Shown here: piece after piece, positions 21,101 through 23,693 of the stretch
Numbering within the stretch: the stretch's first letter is position 1
Layout: every line of letters starts with the position of its first letter
Source of the DNA: Protoeuglena noctilucae
Lineage: Eukaryota
Direction: 5' to 3'
Assembly: GCA_958009085.1 (NCBI GenBank)
Contig: OY253670.1
Location: forward strand, 1,674,001-1,697,693
DNA length: 23,693 nt
Position numbers and translations under genes: made by a program
Notes under the pieces: generated by a model
What the model was told of the DNA's origin: nothing
Seen by the model: only the letters and a program-made list of their open reading frames with translations
Databases searched by the model: none

Positions 21101-23227
21101 CAAAGAGTCATGGCATGCATGACACATGCCACCATGGCACACGGCAGCAGCCCAGCACTCACGAGGCTCAGGGGGTCGTCCTCGGCCCATGCCACGTCCC
21201 ACACGTCCCTGCGCTCCACCCCCAGGTCCGTGGCTGCGCACCCCGCCACGCCCAGCTCCAGCCGCTGCACGCACAGCGCCCCGTGGTCCAGCACCGCCGC
21301 CAGCCGCGTGCCGTCGCAGTTGGCCGCCAGCCGCGCGGGGGACGCGGGCAGGGCCAGGCGCCCCAGCAGCCGCATGTCCGACAGCTGGTACACGGCCACG
21401 CCCCCCGAGGCCCTGCCCACGAAGAGGTGCGTCGCGGACAGGGCCACGCACGTGGCGGGGTCGGCCGTGCCGGCGGGGGTGAAGCGGTCCAGGGCCCAGT
21501 TGTCGCTGGTGCTGCCGGCGTCGACGGAGAAGATCCACTCCGAGCGGCGGGAGGGGGCGGGGGGGGCGCCGGGCCTCGCGGCGGGCGGCAGCCGCCACAC
21601 GAACACAGCGTCGTGGCTGGCGGCGGCGAAGAAGGCCTCGGTCATGGCGGCGGCGCGGAGGTCGACGGAGAGGGCGTGCTCGGCGAGGGGGGTGCCGATG
21701 CTGTCGCACAGGGACGCCACGCTGCCCCCCGCCTCCCCCCGCGACACCAGCACCGCCGCCGCCCCCGCCGCCCGCAGCAGCGACAGCCGCGGGGCGGGCT
21801 TCACCACGGCGTCGCCCGACCGCGGGTCCCAGAAGACCACCTGCGCGGGGCCGCGGTCGGGGCGCGCGGCGAAGGCCACGGTGCCGTCCGCCAGCGCCCC
21901 CCACCGGTGGTCGGGCCTCACGGTGGCGAAGTAGACGAAGGCGTCGACAGCGGCTGCCAGCCTGAGCCCCGTGCCCTCCCATGAGACGCTGGAGAGGGAG
22001 GATCCGGGGAGCTTGAGGCTGCGGAGGTGGGTGCCGTCGTGGGAGAAGAACTCAACCACTAGCGCTCCCCCTTCAAGGGACGCGGGGGACATGCCCTGGG
22101 GGACATGGGGGGAGGACATGGGTGTGGAACAGGACATGAGTATGGGATGCAGACATGCTTTGTAGGAGAGCAAAGGAGTGGCAGTGGATGCCATGCCCCC
22201 CTCTCTCTCTCACCGGCGCCTTGAGCCCCCCCGCCACGAGGAGGACGTCGCCCGTGGGGGACCACCTCAGGTGCTGCAGGCGCAGACCCGTGTCGAGCTC
22301 GATGGGGCTGGGGTCGCGGTGGCCGCTCATCAGCTGCACGTGCCCCGTGCTGATGCCCACGGCCAGGCACGCGCACCCCTCCTCGGGGTAACCGCGGGTG
22401 CCCGCGTACCACTCCACCGCCACGATGCGCGCATTGGGGCGGCCCTGCGAGGACAGGGGGAGTGGGCCACGGCAGTCGTTGTCAGGTCACACCCAGCTTC
22501 TCCATGCACGGCACGCCACCTTGCATCCGCATCCCCGCCCCCTCTCCCTCACCTGCAGCACTGCGAGAGGGACCTGCTGGATGGCGTTCCCGCTGGCGTC
22601 GTACAAATGGCACTCGGTCTCGGTGCAGAAGAGGATGAGTCGGCTGTCCGGGGACCACTCCACCAGCGCCAGGTTGGGCAGGGCTCAGGTCCTTGCCCCA
22701 CAGGCGCTTGCCGTCCACGGACCCCACGATCACGGCGGCGTCCGCGTACGCGATGCAGATCTTGAGGCCGTCCGCCGACCACCGCATGTCCCGCACCGTC
22801 GACTTGTTGCGGTTGTTGATCATCTCCTCGTACCACTGCCCGTCGTGGAACATCCACACAATGATCATGCCGGACTCATCTGAAGACGTGAGCTTCTGGT
22901 ACTGGTCGTTCCAGCGCACCACGCGCACCCCCTCCTGGTGGCCCGCCAGGCTCTGGTTCATCGTCAGGTTGACGCCCGCGCTCCCGGGGTCGATCTTCAG
23001 CACCTTCAGGAGGCCCTTGTCGCCGCCGAGGGCCACGAAACCCTCCGTCATGCTCCAGGCGATGCACCTGCGCGGCATACGGAGACGGGGGTCCCGGCGG
23101 GGCGCGGCGGGCCTCAGCATGGCAATGAGCGCTCGGGTTGCAGGGCCCTCCACGGCCCCGGCGCGCGGGCTTGCCTGGGCATGATGCCGTCGGGGATGGC
23201 GATCTTCTTCGAAAGGTACGCGTTCAT
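18139..23227 (-). CDS. IFT121: Intraflagellar transport complex A subunit IFT121/WDR35 (~1195 aa once a 1-nt frameshift near 22682 is corrected)
   Basis: Exons 23227-23175, 23067-22553, 22444-22214, 22095-21163, 21012-20913, 20786-20548, 20414-20304, 20127-19827, 19610-19081, 18916-18608, 18522-18398, 18280-18139. Diagnostic segments: [43 protein letters not shown]...[32 protein letters not shown], and a C-terminal CPLCH zinc site. Confidence 0.95.
18281..18397 (-). other. GC-AG intron in the IFT121 C-terminal zinc site
   Basis: CAG|GCGAGG...CCGCAG|T. Removal gives CRTC-X14-CPLC. The intron is 117 nt and stop-free, so the call rests on motif spacing. Confidence 0.8.
19017..19105. repeat. 34-bp direct repeat (33/34 identical) duplicating an IFT121 exon end and splice donor
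   Basis: 19017-19050 actcctcaccccggatgcgtctgccttcatcagc versus 19072-19105 actcctcacctcggatgcgtctgccttcatcagc. Confidence 0.9.
20130..20149. repeat. Intronic (GA)n microsatellite acting as the minus-strand pyrimidine tract
   Basis: GA dinucleotide run adjacent to the acceptor at 20130-20128. Confidence 0.75.
23068..23174 (-). other. GC-AG first intron of IFT121
   Basis: CAG|GCAAGC...GCGCAG|G gives [23 protein letters not shown], colinear with the WDR35 N-terminus. Confidence 0.85.
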
Positions 23228-23693
23228 CCTGGGAGGCTCAACTCAGCGGGGGGACGCCCCTAGAACGGTCTGCGTGCAGAAGGGCATGTGTCGGGCCTGC
23301 CGAGGGGCGCGGCCGGATCTGTCAGGAGAGACGCTCGCCGCCGAGACGCGTGATGCGATCACCGACAACAGCGACGGCGCGGGGCCCGGTAAATCGGCAG
23401 AGAGCGCAATTCACCTGCGCCCGTCGATGGCCGGGGCGTGGCGCGCCCTTGCGGCAGACCCCGGGGGAATCACGGCTCGACAATGGCACGCCTTCGTTCT
23501 GGATGCAGAGGTCACGGACAGATGACCCGGGGACGCCGGCGCTGCGCCCCCTCAGCCTCCGGCAAGGGTTTGAACACTCGTCGCGTGCCACAGGCCCCGT
23601 CCCATGCGCGCCTGACTCGCGCTCGCGGCAGCGTGACGGGCTGGGCTCCTCCTTGTCACCGTGGACCCCGGTGACAGGTTAGAGATGCTCTCT

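Noticed and set aside
3874..21162. About a dozen stop-free introns with length divisible by three
   Set aside because: Roughly expected for short GC-rich introns; no excess can be shown from one window.
109..23682. Many long overlapping ORFs (e.g. 2140-3813, 2691-4028, 9855-11141, 18587-19465, 21028-21984)
   Set aside because: Arg/Pro/Gly/Ala-rich shadow frames expected at this GC content; they are antisense or off-frame to real genes and lack motifs.
23228..23693. ORF from 23483 as a possible first exon, and an 8-bp hairpin at 23654-23676
   Set aside because: No recognisable motif, the context is cut off by the window edge, and such hairpins are common in GC-rich DNA.
1..23693. Prokaryotic-style systems, transposons, repeated introner-like introns, or a functional gene cluster
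   Set aside because: No CRISPR repeats, transposase or RT motifs, or terminal repeats. Introns share no extended similarity that I could see, and neighbouring genes are mostly functionally unrelated.

Overview
This is eukaryotic, very GC-rich, gene-dense nuclear DNA with short spliceosomal introns (mostly 80-220 nt). Plant-type homologs plus motile-cilium genes suggest a flagellated green alga (inference). Most long six-frame ORFs are GC-content shadows, so genes were rebuilt by hand from splice sites and motifs. Ten protein-coding genes are supported: a mitochondrial-carrier-family transporter (truncated, -), a GATA zinc-finger factor (-), a class-3 lipase like plant HIL1/At4g13550 (+), a HAD hydrolase (-), ribosomal protein eL43/RPL37a (-), dynein assembly factor DNAAF6/PIH1D3 (+), U2-associated splicing factor Tat-SF1/CUS2 (+), a 91-aa putative mitochondrial membrane protein I cannot identify (-), RWDD1/Gir2 (+) and IFT121/WDR35 (-). 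No RNA gene, mobile element or CRISPR array was found. The most striking signal is splicing: 11 of about 52 modelled introns use a GC donor, all matching AG|GCRAG. Other oddities are a one-base frameshift in otherwise intact IFT121, a degenerate UHM motif and a tandem GC/GT donor in Tat-SF1, a duplicated splice donor, and an 18-bp palindrome. I found no convincing new multi-gene system. All homolog comparisons are from memory, not database searches.
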